DNA from: an uncultured delta proteobacterium
Lineage (GTDB): Bacteria > Desulfobacterota > Syntrophorhabdia > Syntrophorhabdales > WCHB1-27
Assembly: GCA_963810935.1 (NCBI GenBank)
Contig: CAWEPK010000012.1
Span: 256,001-320,000, forward strand
DNA length: 64,000 nucleotides
Direction of reading: 5' to 3'
The position numbers and the translations under genes are program-made. The notes beneath the pieces were generated by a model. It made no database searches, was not told the DNA's origin, and was given only the letters and a program-made list of their open reading frames with translations. This document shows positions 41,757 to 52,595 of the stretch, in pieces. How positions within the stretch are numbered: position 1 is the stretch's first letter; every line of letters starts with the position of its first letter.

Positions 41757-42756
41757 GCGCGTTCGCGCGTGCGTCGGCTTCGGGGAGACCGACCGCGTCC
41801 CGGTTATCCCCCAGGTTTTCGGACACGCCGCGATGATGCAGGGCGTCCCCCTGGACGCGTACGTTCAGGACGGCGACCTTATCGCCAGGTGCCAGGCCTA
41901 CGCGCTGGATAGATACCGCTATGACGCGGTTTTCACGGTGATGGACGTGAGCGTCGAGGCGGAAGCCATGGGCGCGTCCCTCAGGTACTTCACCAATGCA
42001 TATCCCGTGATCGAGACCCGGCCGCTCGCCGCAGCGGACGACTGGAGCACGTTCCCCATGCCCGATCCCGGCCGGGCCGGCCGGATGCCGGAGATGCTCA
42101 AGGCCTTGAAAATCCTGCGGCACGACCTCGGCGATAGGTTTCCGGTCGTCGGCTGCGTGATGGGACCACTGACGCTCGCGGCCCAGCTCCTCGGCGCGGA
42201 GGAAGTCCTCTACCTGGCCATCGACGAGCCCGAACGGTTCGCCGGCCTGCTCGATTTTTCTGCGGAAGTGGCGCTCAGGTTCGGCGTCGCGCAAATAGAG
42301 GCAGGCGCCCATATCCCGCTCGTCTTCGATCCCTTTGCGTCCCCCGCCGTCATTCCGGCACAGCTCTTCCGCGAGTTCGAGCTTCCACACCTTAAAAGGG
42401 TTTTTGAAGGTTTCGCGCGGCATGGCGCCCTCGCGAGCTGGCTCCATATAGCTGGACCCGCGCAGCCTATACTTCACCTCTACCCCTCCGCCGGCGTCGA
42501 TATCGCCAATTTCGACTATTGCGTTTCTCCCGCCGAGGCCCGGTACCGGCTTCCCGCCTCCTGTCTCGACGGGAACGTAAGACCTATGTCTTTCATCGAT
42601 GGAAGTCCCGAGGATATCCGCGCGGAGGCGTCATCGCTCCTCGGGTCGTTCCGGGACCGGCGCGGGTTCATTCTTTCGTCCGGATGCGAGATCCCGCCGG
42701 AGTCGAAGCCTGAAAACGTCGCAGCCCTCGTTGAAGCGGCCAAAAGCAAGAGTTAG
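41743..42756 (+). CDS. MtaA/CmuA (URO-D superfamily) methyltransferase-like protein
   Basis: DRVPV, VEAEAMG, GPLT, LHIAG, DGN and FILSSGCEIP motifs. Confidence 0.88.
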   Translation: MNSLERVRACVGFGETDRVPVIPQVFGHAAMMQGVPLDAYVQDGDLIARCQAYALDRYRYDAVFTVMDVSVEAEAMGASLRYFTNAYPVIETRPLAAADDWSTFPMPDPGRAGRMPEMLKALKILRHDLGDRFPVVGCVMGPLTLAAQLLGAEEVLYLAIDEPERFAGLLDFSAEVALRFGVAQIEAGAHIPLVFDPFASPAVIPAQLFREFELPHLKRVFEGFARHGALASWLHIAGPAQPILHLYPSAGVDIANFDYCVSPAEARYRLPASCLDGNVRPMSFIDGSPEDIRAEASSLLGSFRDRRGFILSSGCEIPPESKPENVAALVEAAKSKS

Positions 42757-42762
42757 CGCCGG

Positions 42763-44424
42763 ATGCCTTTCCTTTTCATCTCATCCGCAGAAGAAAGGAA
42801 AACCGTCGAGTTTACGGCAGGCCCCTCGCTCCGCGACCTGCTCGACTTGACGGACCTCCGGGTCCGCTCCGGCTGCCGTGGATCGGGCGCCTGCGGCCTT
42901 TGCCGCGTCCGTGTCGAGGAAGGGGAAATCGATGGCCCCACACAAAACGAGACTTTCCTCCTTTCGCAAGAAGACCTCCGCCGCGGAATCCGCCTCGCCT
43001 GTCAGGTCACGCCTAAACAGGACCTTAGCCTGACCATTGTCAACCCCGCGCCAAAATCGAGCTGGAGGAGCCTCAGGCCCGAGGAAGTTCCGGCCGGCCC
43101 CGGCTCTTTTCCGGCGCCTATCAGGAAAATCAAGGATGACAAACGCTACGGGGTCGCCGTGGACCTCGGGACCACCCACGTAAGCCTCTCCCTTTGGGAC
43201 ATGGCCGGGAATCGCCGGTTATCGGGGCGATTCGGCCGGAACCTGCAGGCAGGCTGCGGGTCCGACGTCATGACGAGGCTCGTATATGCCGACGCGTCCG
43301 CGGAGAACGCGGAAACGGCCGGGCGGGCGGCAAGGGATTCCATCAGCGACGGATTGCGCGACATCTGCTCCAGAGAGGGGTACGACCCGAAAAAGATCGG
43401 GCGGATAACGGTAGTAGCCAACACGGCCATGCTTTGCCTTCTCGCGCGACGCAACTTCGAGCTGCTCCTCCAGCCGGAATACTGGGCAAGGGAAATCGAC
43501 TGCGCACCCGCCTTCGTAAACGGCTGGTTCGAGGGCGCCGGCCTCGACGAAGGCGTTCCCATCGAGATTGTGCAGCCTCTCGCGGGCTTCGTCGGCTCGG
43601 ACCTCCTCGCGGGGGTCATAGCCACACGCATAACTGAAGGCGATAGTCCGGCCCTGCTCGTTGACTTCGGGACCAACTCCGAGATCGCCTTATGGGACGG
43701 GCGGCTGCTATGGGTAACCTCGGCAGCCGGGGGACCGGCCTTCGAAGGCAGCGGCATAAGCTGCGGTATGCCGGCAGGCGACGGGGCCGTTTACCGGATC
43801 GACGGACCGGACGGAGGACCGGGGCCTGTCGCCCGGGTAATCGGAAACGGCAGGGCCGAAGGTCTCTGCGGCTCGGGCATGGTTGACCTGGTGGCCTATA
43901 TGGTAAGGACGGGAAGGCTCGACAGGATCGGGAACTTCGGCGCCGGGTTCGATCACGGCCTCCCGGAAGAGATCCGCCGCATCATGCCGCAGAAGAAGGA
44001 CATCGATACGTTTCAGCGGGCGAAGGCAGCCATCGGCGCCGGCATAGAGCTCCTGTCGGCTCGCGCCGGGGCGCCGGCGGAGGACATCCGGCGGGTATCG
44101 ATCTGCGGCGTCTTCGGGCAGTATTTGAATGTGATCGACGCGATAGCCATCGGCCTGCTGCCTCCCGTGCCGCCCGAGCGCGTAGAGCTATGCGGCAACG
44201 CGGCGCTCGCCGGGTGCGAGAGCCTTCTTTTGTCGCACGAGAGAAGGAAATATTTGAACTTTCTGAGAAAGAAATGTAAGCTTGTCAATCTCTCACAAGC
44301 GCCCGAGTTCGAAGATCTGTTCCTCAGGAATCTCTATCTCCAACCCGGATATCGAGCGAAGCGGGCTGAGCGGAAGACGGAGGCGGGCTTACCGATGGAA
44401 GTAAGCGCCAAGCCGGATATTTGA
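42763..44424 (+). CDS. ASKHA-type reductive activator of corrinoid enzymes (RACE/RACo, DUF4445) with N-terminal [2Fe-2S]
   Basis: CRGSGACGLC...LACQ, VDLGTT, DFGTNSE, GPAFEG and GLCGSG motifs. Confidence 0.9.
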   Translation: MPFLFISSAEERKTVEFTAGPSLRDLLDLTDLRVRSGCRGSGACGLCRVRVEEGEIDGPTQNETFLLSQEDLRRGIRLACQVTPKQDLSLTIVNPAPKSSWRSLRPEEVPAGPGSFPAPIRKIKDDKRYGVAVDLGTTHVSLSLWDMAGNRRLSGRFGRNLQAGCGSDVMTRLVYADASAENAETAGRAARDSISDGLRDICSREGYDPKKIGRITVVANTAMLCLLARRNFELLLQPEYWAREIDCAPAFVNGWFEGAGLDEGVPIEIVQPLAGFVGSDLLAGVIATRITEGDSPALLVDFGTNSEIALWDGRLLWVTSAAGGPAFEGSGISCGMPAGDGAVYRIDGPDGGPGPVARVIGNGRAEGLCGSGMVDLVAYMVRTGRLDRIGNFGAGFDHGLPEEIRRIMPQKKDIDTFQRAKAAIGAGIELLSARAGAPAEDIRRVSICGVFGQYLNVIDAIAIGLLPPVPPERVELCGNAALAGCESLLLSHERRKYLNFLRKKCKLVNLSQAPEFEDLFLRNLYLQPGYRAKRAERKTEAGLPMEVSAKPDI

Positions 44425-44434
44425 GGGCCGGCTC

Positions 44435-47400
44435 ATGAAGGAAATGAATCCCCAGCGTCATACCGAGGCTTTCATAAAGGCGGCGCAATACATAGCGCGC
44501 CTCACCGCCCGGCAGGACCTTCTCGAAGAGCTGTCAAACATCATCGTCAAATATTTCGGAGCGGACTGGGTTGCCTTCGCCGGAGATAACGCGGGCGGAG
44601 AGATCGACCTTCGTCGATGCACGGTGGCTGACGAGAGCTTCCGCAGGGCGCTCCTCGAAAAAACAACGGAAACTATTCGGGACGTTTTCGATACGGGTTT
44701 CCTTGCTTCCATGGAGATCGAGCATCCCCCGGCTCGCAACGTTACCTTCCTGCCGCTCGGGGAAGGAAAGGAGAACCGGGTTGCAGCGATCATCGGCCAT
44801 TCGGAGCCTCCTTCCCAGGAGCTGCTCAACCTCTACCTGGCCCTTTCGGGACTCGCGGGCTCAACCATGGGCAGGATCGCGACCGAGAGGGAGCTGAGGC
44901 TGCACCAGGAACATCTCGAAGAGCTCGTGAGAGAAAGAACGGCCGCGCTGCAAACATCGAAGGACGTCATACAAGAGCAGCGTGAATGGCTGAGGGTTAC
45001 GCTGGCGAGCATCGGCGACGCGGTCATGGCCACGGACAAGAGCGGACGGGTTACCTTCCTGAACGCGGTCGCCGAAGGCCTGACCGGCTGGACCCTTGGT
45101 GGCGCAGCCGGGAGACCGGTCACCGAGGTGTTCCACATCATCAACGAGCAGAGCCGCAAGACGGTAGAAGACCCCGTCGGCAGGGTGCTACGTGAGGGGA
45201 TCATAGTTGGCCTGGCCAACCATACCGTGCTCGTAAGGAAAGATGGGACGGAGGTCGCCATCGACGACAGCGGCGCCCCCATAAAGGACGGGGACGGCAA
45301 CATCATGGGCGCAGTCCTCGTCTTCCGCGACATCACCGGGCGCAAAATGGATGAGGCGATGCTGCGCGAAAGCAAGACCCGTCTCGACCTTGCCCTCCGG
45401 TCCGCCGACATGGGCGCCTGGCACTGGGACATTCCGGCGGACAAGCGGTACTTCGACGACCAGGTCTGCCGCCTTTTGGGCATAGACCCGCAAACGTTCA
45501 CCGGAAACGCAGCGGAGTTCTTCGACGTGGTGCATCCCGACGACCGAGAGAACCTCCACGCGGCGCTTGCCCGGACCGTCTCGGAAAACGCCCCTTACGA
45601 GCCTGAATACCGCGCGGTCCTGCAGGACGGGACCGTCCATTACATTGCCGCGAGGGGAAGGCTTGTCCGTGACGGCGCAGGCAGACCTGCGCGGCTCAAC
45701 GGCATCATCTGGGACATCACGGAACGCAAGCACCGCGAGGCGCGCATCACAAGGCTCACGCACCTCTACGCCACGCTCAGCCGGGTGAATGAAGCCCTCG
45801 TGCGCATCCGCGACGGGGGCGCGCTGTACGAAGAGGTCTGCCGCATCATCGCGAAAGAAGGGGCATTCCCTCTCGTGTGGATCGGCGAGGTGAAAGACCG
45901 GCAGGTGGTGCCGGCTGCATACTGCGGGCCCGCCGCCGACTACCTCAGGGATATAAGAATAGAGGTGGACGGCGTGTTGGGTGACGGCCCCAGCGGGACC
46001 TGCATCCGCGAGGACCGACCCGTCGTCAACGACGACTTCGATATCAACCCTACCACCCTGCCGTGGCGCAAAGCAGCCCTAAGCCACGGCTTCAGGGCCA
46101 GCGCGTGTTTCCCCCTGCACCGTCAGGGCAAGGCCATAGGCGCCCTTACGATCTACGGCAGCCAGCCCCACGACTTCGACGCGGAGCAGGTGGAGCTGCT
46201 TCAGGCCCTCGCCGCCGATATCTCCTACGCCCTCGACACGCTGGAGCATGAAAAGGTGCGGAGCCGAGCCGAAACCGACCTCCAGAAGAGCCTCAAGCGG
46301 TTCGAACTCCTCGCCTACACTGCGAGCGAGCTGCTCCGTGCCCCGGACCCGCAGAAACTGGTCGACTCCCTGTGCCGGCAAGTGATGGACCAACTCGGCT
46401 GCCAGGCCTTCTTCAATTTCCTTGCGGTCGAAGAGATGGGAAGGCTCATGCTCAACGCCTATGCGGGTATCCCCGAAGAGGAGGCCCGGAAGATCGAATG
46501 GCTCGACTACGGGGTAGCCGTTTGCGGCTGTGCCGCCAGGGACGCCTGCCGGATAGTGGCCGAGCACATCCCTACTACGCCCGATCAGCGCACGGAGCTG
46601 GTAAAATCTTACGGCATCAAGGCGTACGCGTGCCATCCGCTCCTCGGGCCCGAAGGGTCGGTCATCGGCACTCTCTCCTTCGGCACCCGCGACAGGGAAA
46701 CCTTCAGCGACGAGGACCTCTCCCTGATGAAGGCAGTGGCCGACCAGGTGGCCGTGGCCATTATCCGCATGAGGGACGAGGACGCCGTGAAGCAGGTCCG
46801 CGACGGGCTTGAAGAGCGTGTGAAGGAAAGGACGGCGGAGCTTCAGGAGGCGTACGACAAGCTCATGCGCGAGTCCGAGGAACGGGAGAAGGTCGAGAGG
46901 CCAGCTCCGCCAGGCGCAGAAGCTGGAGGCCCTCGGGACGCTATCCGGCGGCATCGCCCACGACTTCAACAACATGCTCGCCTCCATCATCGGCTTTACC
47001 GAGATGATCAAGGACCATACCCCTGATGGGAGCCGGGAGCATCGGCATGCACTGAGGGTTCTGGAAGCAGGCATCAGGGGGCGCGACCTCGTCAGGCAGA
47101 TGCTGATGTTCTCGCGGCAGACCGAGCAGGAAAAGAAACCGCTTCGCCTGTCGAGTATCGTCAAGGAGAGCGCCAAGCTCCTCCGGGCATCGATACCGTC
47201 CACAGTCAGCATCAGGGTCGTCATAAAAAGCGAGTCGGGCGTCATCCTCGGCGATCCTACCCAGGTCTCGCAGGTCCTCATGAACCTTGCCACGAACGCG
47301 GCCTACGCGATGCGGGACAAGGGAGGCACCCTCGACATAGAGCTTTCCGATTTCAGCGTCTCGCCCACCAACGGGGACCCGCACGGCATAGAGCCGGGGC

Positions 47401-48068
47401 TATACATGCGGCTGACGGTCCGCGACACGGGCGCCGGCATACCCGCGGAGATCGCGGACAGGATATTTGACCCATTCTTCACGACAAAGAAAATCGGCGA
47501 GGGGACCGGCCTCGGCCTCTCGGTAGTGCTGGGCATCGTCAAGCAGGTCAGCGGGTATGTCACGGTGGACTCCGCACCGGGCGAAGGCTCGACCTTCAGC
47601 GTCTATTTTCCGAAGATCGTTGAAGAGCCGGTTGTGCAAGGGGCGGCCGGGGACGAGACTGCGCCCGCCGGCAAAGAGAGCATCCTCTTCGTGGACGATG
47701 AAGAGGCGCTCGTGGAGATGGGCGAGGAGCTTCTCGCGGAGCTTGGATACGAGGTCACTTCCCGCGCGGGGAGCAGGGAGGCCCTGGCCCTTTTCAGGCT
47801 CGACCCCTCCCGCTTCGACCTCGTGATAACCGACCAGACCATGCCAGATATGACCGGGGTCCAGCTCGCATCGGAGCTTCTCTCCATCCGGCCCGATATA
47901 CCCGTCATCCTTTGCACCGGCTTCAGCCACACGGCCAGCGAGGAGTCGGTGAGGGCGGCAGGCATAAAAGGGTTCGTCATGAAGCCCCTGACAAAACGGG
48001 AGCTTGCAAAGACGCTCAGAAAGGTCCTCGACGCGCGAGACGCAGACGAGCCCCCCGGCCGGCGATGA
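44435..48068 (+). CDS. Hybrid sensor kinase GAF-like/PAS/PAS/GAF/GAF/HisKA/HATPase/REC (frameshift near 46900)
   Basis: TLASIGDAV, GAWHWD, GGIAHDFNN, FFTTK-GEGTGLGL, FVDDE and TDQTMP motifs. Confidence 0.9.
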
Positions 48069-48134
48069 TTGTCGTCTTGACAAAATGTTTCCCTCCTGCG
48101 AAGCTATAAAAGTTCTGGGGGGAAACACCTGCCC

Positions 48135-48926
48135 GTGAAACCGACAAGCACCGAAATCAGGAAAGGCTTCTACAACAGGTCGCTGGAAAGGGCGCTCCAG
48201 ATACTCGATGTATTCAGTCTGGAGCGTCAGGCGCTCAGCAAAAGCGAGCTTTCCAAGCTGCTCGGCCTTTCAAGGGCCACTATCCTCAGGCTCTGCTCTA
48301 CCCTGGCCCAGTATGGCTATCTCAGGCAAGACCAGGAGACCAAGAAATATTCCCTCGGCATGCGGCTGTTCGAGCAGGGGAGCGTCGTTTTCAATTCCCT
48401 TTCGGTCCGGAAAGCCTCGGCCATGCCCCTCACCCGGCTCCAGCAGCGGATAGGCAAAACTATCTTTCTGTGCATCCTCGACAATGACGAGCTGCTTTAC
48501 ATCGACAAGAGGGATGACGGCAACAGCATCATTACGTTCACCTCCAAGATAGGCACCCGCCGGCCCCCTTACTGGGGGATGTGCGGCCCCATGCTCATGT
48601 CCCACCTCCCCGACGATGAGACAGAAAGGCTGCTGGCCAAACACCCGTTAAAGGCGCTGACAAGGCGATCGGTCACCGACAGGAAAGAATTCAAAGCCTG
48701 GCTGTGCAGGGTAAAGGACCAGGGATACGCAATCGACCCGGAGGCGACCCTCGAAGGGATCACGGGGGTAGCCGCCCCTGTCAGGGATTTTTCGGGAAAG
48801 GTCATAGCCTCCGTAGGAGCGGCGATCTTCTCCTCGTCCCTGACCGACGACATCCTGCCGACAATAATAAGCGCGGTTTCGGATACGGCCCTGACGGTCT
48901 CGATCAACCTGGGGTATAAACCGTGA
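48135..48926 (+). CDS. IclR family transcriptional regulator
   Basis: SLERALQIL, YSLG, GYAID and VAAPVRD motifs. Confidence 0.92.
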   Translation: MKPTSTEIRKGFYNRSLERALQILDVFSLERQALSKSELSKLLGLSRATILRLCSTLAQYGYLRQDQETKKYSLGMRLFEQGSVVFNSLSVRKASAMPLTRLQQRIGKTIFLCILDNDELLYIDKRDDGNSIITFTSKIGTRRPPYWGMCGPMLMSHLPDDETERLLAKHPLKALTRRSVTDRKEFKAWLCRVKDQGYAIDPEATLEGITGVAAPVRDFSGKVIASVGAAIFSSSLTDDILPTIISAVSDTALTVSINLGYKP

Positions 48927-49000
48927 GTTGCGCGCTTACGGCGTCGCGTCGCGCTCCAGCCCTTTTCAGAACAGCCGGACGCGCCGGCCGCTGTTTTTTC

Positions 49001-49065
49001 TTGACAAAGAACGAGGTTCCCACGTATTGTTTACTAAATGCACAGGGTATGTTCACTAGATGAAC
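49001..49065 (+). promoter_or_regulatory. Sigma70-type promoter with paired putative IclR operators
   Basis: TTGACA (49001) N18 TATTGT; palindrome GTTCA-CTAGA-TGAAC (49051-49065) and degenerate copy GTTTACTAAATGCAC (49029-49043). Confidence 0.6.
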
Positions 49066-49126
49066 ACTTGAACAAAGCGTAAAGCTCTAGCCGCACCGGG
49101 AACTAAACCTAGATAAGGAGAGGCAT

Positions 49127-50459
49127 ATGGCTATCGATCCAAGTATCTATTGGAACCCCATTACCGAGACGCTGCCCAGGGAGAAGCTGCAGGAGCTTCA
49201 AGTCAGGAAGTTCAGGCGCATCTTCACGTGGGCGTATGAGAAATCGCCCTTTTACGGCAAGCTTTACAGGGACGCAGGCATAGAGCCCGGCGACATCAAG
49301 ACGCTTGCCGATATAAGGAAGGTGCCCAAGATAGATAAGGGTATGCTCCGGGACGTGCAGACCAGACCGCCCTTCCCTTACGGAGACATGCTCGCGGTGC
49401 CCCTGAAAGACGTAACCTGTTTCCGCCAGACGAGCGGCACTACCGGCACCCCCGTCTATCAGGCGGACACGTGGCAGGATTGGGAATGGTGGGCCGAGTC
49501 ATGGGCCTATATCCTTTATGCCCAGGGTTACAGGGACACGGACCGCATGTTCATCCCCTTCGGCTACAACATCTTCGTCGCCTTCTGGGCGTGCCATTAC
49601 GCAGCGGAAAAGCTGGGCTGCGAAGTCGTCCCCGGCGGCGTCCTCGACACAGAGGCGAGGGTCATGAAGATGAAGGAGCTTAAATGCACCGCCTTCGGCG
49701 CCACCCCTACCTACGTGCTCGGCCTTGCCGATACGGCGAAGAAGATAGGGATAGACCCGAGGAGCATAGGCATCAAGCGCATCACCTGCGCAGGCGAGCC
49801 CGGCGCGGCCATTCCGACGACCAAGCAGCGCATCGAGGACGCATGGGGCGCGAAGGTCTACGACCACATAGGCGCGACCGAGATAGGCGCCTGGAGCTAC
49901 ATGTGTACCCACCAGTCCAGGGGCCTGCACGTGAACGAGGCGTTCTTCCTGGTCGAGATCGAGGACGTGGAGACCGGCGAGATCATAGAAGAGCCGGGCA
50001 AGAACGGCAAGATGATCATCACCGCCTTCGACAGGATGGCAAAGCCGTGCATCCGCTTCGACTCGAAAGACGTCATCCGCTGGGCCGACTACTCGTGCGA
50101 CTGCGGCAGGACGTTCCGCATCATCGACGGCGGCGTGGTAGGCAGGGCGGACGACATAACGAAGGTAAAGGGCGTGCTCCTGGCCCCCACCGCGATAGAA
50201 GAGGTCGTGCGCAGCTTCACCGAGTCTGTCGGATGAGTACGAAGTGGTCGTTTCCAAGAAGGGCGATATCGACGACATCTCCCTGAAGGTAGAGATCAAG
50301 CCGGGCCTTGAGGGAGATAAGGAATCGATCCTCGCCAGGCTCAAGGACGAGCTGCGCGTAAAGACGAACCTCGGGTATAAGATCGAGGTCCATCCCCACG
50401 GCAGCCTTCCCAGGTATGAGGTGAAGGCGAAGAGATTCAAGGACCTGAGAAAACACTAG
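49127..50459 (+). CDS. Phenylacetate-CoA ligase (PaaK) family protein; frameshift near 50225
   Basis: TSGTTGTP, AGEPG, GATE, GRADD and KAKRFKDLR motifs. Confidence 0.88.
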
Positions 50460-50471
50460 GAGGGGCAAGCC

Positions 50472-50651
50472 GTGATAGACAAAAAGAAACTGGAAGAAAT
50501 GGATGCGCGTATAAAACTGATCAGAAAGACCGCCGAGGAGTTGACGGCCACGTGCGAGGGGATCGAGGCGGTTAAGAAGAACGTAGTCCGCCTCCTTGCC
50601 AGCACCCGGATGCTCGAGCTCAATATAAGCGATGTGAAGGACCTGCTTTAG
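50472..50651 (+). CDS. Small hypothetical protein (59 aa)
   Basis: GGAGGGG RBS; MIDKKKLEEMDARIKLIRK...LELNISDVKDLL; below the ORF-track cutoff. Confidence 0.65.
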   Translation: MIDKKKLEEMDARIKLIRKTAEELTATCEGIEAVKKNVVRLLASTRMLELNISDVKDLL

Positions 50652-50759
50652 AGCGAGCCGGCCGTTAACTGTGAGTCGTTGCCTCGTCCCTGCACCAGGC
50701 AAGGCGTTCAAAGTCAAAGCATCCCGGGGGGGACGCAGCACTTTAACAGGGGGGATTCA

Positions 50760-51245
50760 ATGGAAAACGCTCTCGACCTTTTCCTGAGGGTTTGCAAGGC
50801 GGTGCTTAACGTCGTTGCCAGCGCCGCCCTTACCTTCATGATGTTTCTTACCGTCGCCGACATTGTCTGCCGTGCCCTCGGCCACCCGCTCGTCGGCACC
50901 TACGAAGTAGTCAGCCTTGCACTCGCCCTCGTCATAGGGTTCGGCATCCCCAGGGTCTCTTTGGATAAGAGCCACGTCTACATGGAGATAGTCCTGGAGA
51001 AGGTCGGCATGAAGGCCAAGGCCGTCCTAAACACGTTCACGAGATTGATCTGCCTCTGCCTTTTCATCCTTATCTCCTACAACCTGTTCAGCATAGGCGC
51101 AGAGTTCCATACGTCAGGCGAGGTCTCTCCTACGATCAGGCTCCCCTTCTACCCGATAGCCTACGCGGTGGGGGTCTGCTGCTTCATAGAATGTGTGGTC
51201 TTCATCTCGCAGCTCGTGAAGATCTGGAGGGGCCATTATGAATGA
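50760..51245 (+). CDS. TRAP transporter small permease DctQ
   Basis: 4 TM segments, HVYMEI; adjacent to dctM. Confidence 0.88.
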   Translation: MENALDLFLRVCKAVLNVVASAALTFMMFLTVADIVCRALGHPLVGTYEVVSLALALVIGFGIPRVSLDKSHVYMEIVLEKVGMKAKAVLNTFTRLICLCLFILISYNLFSIGAEFHTSGEVSPTIRLPFYPIAYAVGVCCFIECVVFISQLVKIWRGHYE

Positions 51246-52542
51246 GATAACTATAGGCATCGTCGCGCTCGTCATCCTTCTGGCCCTTTTCTCTACGGGC
51301 ATAGAGCTGGGGTTCGCCATGGCCGCGGTCGGCTTCTGCGGCTTCGCTTACTTCAACGGCTTATCAGCCGCAATGAACTTACTTGGAAGGGACGTCTACG
51401 ACGTCATCACGAACTACGGCTACACGGTCTTCCCCCTGTTCATCCTCATGGGCCAGATAGGCTTCAACGCCGGCATTGCGGTCAGACTCTATTCGGCCGC
51501 CAATAAGTTCGTTGGCCACATCCCGGGCGGCCTCGCCATGGCGACCGTCATAGGCGCCACGGGGTTCAAGGCGATCTGCGGCTCGTCGGCCGCGACCTCG
51601 GCCACCTTCGCTGCCGTCGCAGTCCCCGAGATGGACCGCTTCGGCTACGACAGGAGGCTCTCGACCGGCATCGTCGCAACGGTCGGAAGCTTGGGCTGCA
51701 TAATCCCTCCCTCCGTCGTCCTCATCATATTCGGCATATTGACCGAGCAGTCGATAGGCCAGCTCTTTCTGGCAGGCATGATCCCGGGCTTCCTGATCGC
51801 CTTCCTCTTCCTTTTCATCATCTACGGGTGGGCCAAGATATACCCGAAGGCCGCACCATTGTCCGCGAGGTCAAGCTGGGCAGATAGGGCAAGGAGCCTG
51901 CCGGAGGTCGTCTGGATCGTCCTCGTCTTCTTCCTCGTCGTGGGCGGCATGATGGCCGGCTACTTCACGCCTACGGAAGCGGGCGCGGTAGGCACCTTCG
52001 CCATCTTCATCCTATCGATAGTCACCCGTAACATGAACTTCAAGAAGTACGTCCTCTCGCTTGCCGAGGCCACCCGCACGGCAGGCATGATCCTGATGCT
52101 GATCGCAGGCTCGACCATACTCGGCCACTTCATCGCAGTGACCAACATACCCCAGGCCGTGGCCGACTGGATAGTCTCCCTGCCCCTGAACCGGTACGTA
52201 ATCATGATACTCATCTGCTTTGTCTACGAGCTGGGGGGCTCCTTTATCGACGATCTGGCCTTTATGATCCTTGCGACCCCTATCTTCTATCCGGCCGTCT
52301 TAAAGCTCGGCTTCAGCCCGTTATGGTTCGGCATAGTGATCGGCGTAGTCGTCATGATCGGGGTTGTCATCCCGCCTGTCGCAGTCTGCGTCTTCGTCGT
52401 AAAGAACATCACGAAGGAGCCGATGGGCCGCATATACAGAGGCGTGGCCCCGTTCCTGCTCTCTTTAGTCTTTGTCTGGGGCCTTATGTTCGTCTTTCCC
52501 CAGCTTGCCCTCTGGCTGCCCTCGGTCTTCTATGGCAAGTAA
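51238..52542 (+). CDS. TRAP transporter large permease DctM
   Basis: PLFILMG, GSSAAT, IIPPS and TPTEAG motifs. Confidence 0.92.
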   Translation: MNEITIGIVALVILLALFSTGIELGFAMAAVGFCGFAYFNGLSAAMNLLGRDVYDVITNYGYTVFPLFILMGQIGFNAGIAVRLYSAANKFVGHIPGGLAMATVIGATGFKAICGSSAATSATFAAVAVPEMDRFGYDRRLSTGIVATVGSLGCIIPPSVVLIIFGILTEQSIGQLFLAGMIPGFLIAFLFLFIIYGWAKIYPKAAPLSARSSWADRARSLPEVVWIVLVFFLVVGGMMAGYFTPTEAGAVGTFAIFILSIVTRNMNFKKYVLSLAEATRTAGMILMLIAGSTILGHFIAVTNIPQAVADWIVSLPLNRYVIMILICFVYELGGSFIDDLAFMILATPIFYPAVLKLGFSPLWFGIVIGVVVMIGVVIPPVAVCVFVVKNITKEPMGRIYRGVAPFLLSLVFVWGLMFVFPQLALWLPSVFYGK

Positions 52543-52595
52543 GAGGGGTAAATGGGGTATAAAGATACGCAAAAACCTTCAAAGGGGGTAACAAG

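Noticed and set aside
41743..42756. Second hemE
   Set aside because: Lacks the RQAGR motif and sits between corrinoid and RACE genes; it is an MtaA/CmuA-like member of the same superfamily.
1459..50459. Many frameshifted genes (degP, two kinases, macro domain, hemY, DUF4268, HerA, DJ-1, wzx, paaK) read as pseudogenes or programmed frameshifts
   Set aside because: Single-base indels scattered through otherwise intact genes, including housekeeping ones, without accumulated stop codons or slippery-site signatures; most consistent with long-read assembly errors.
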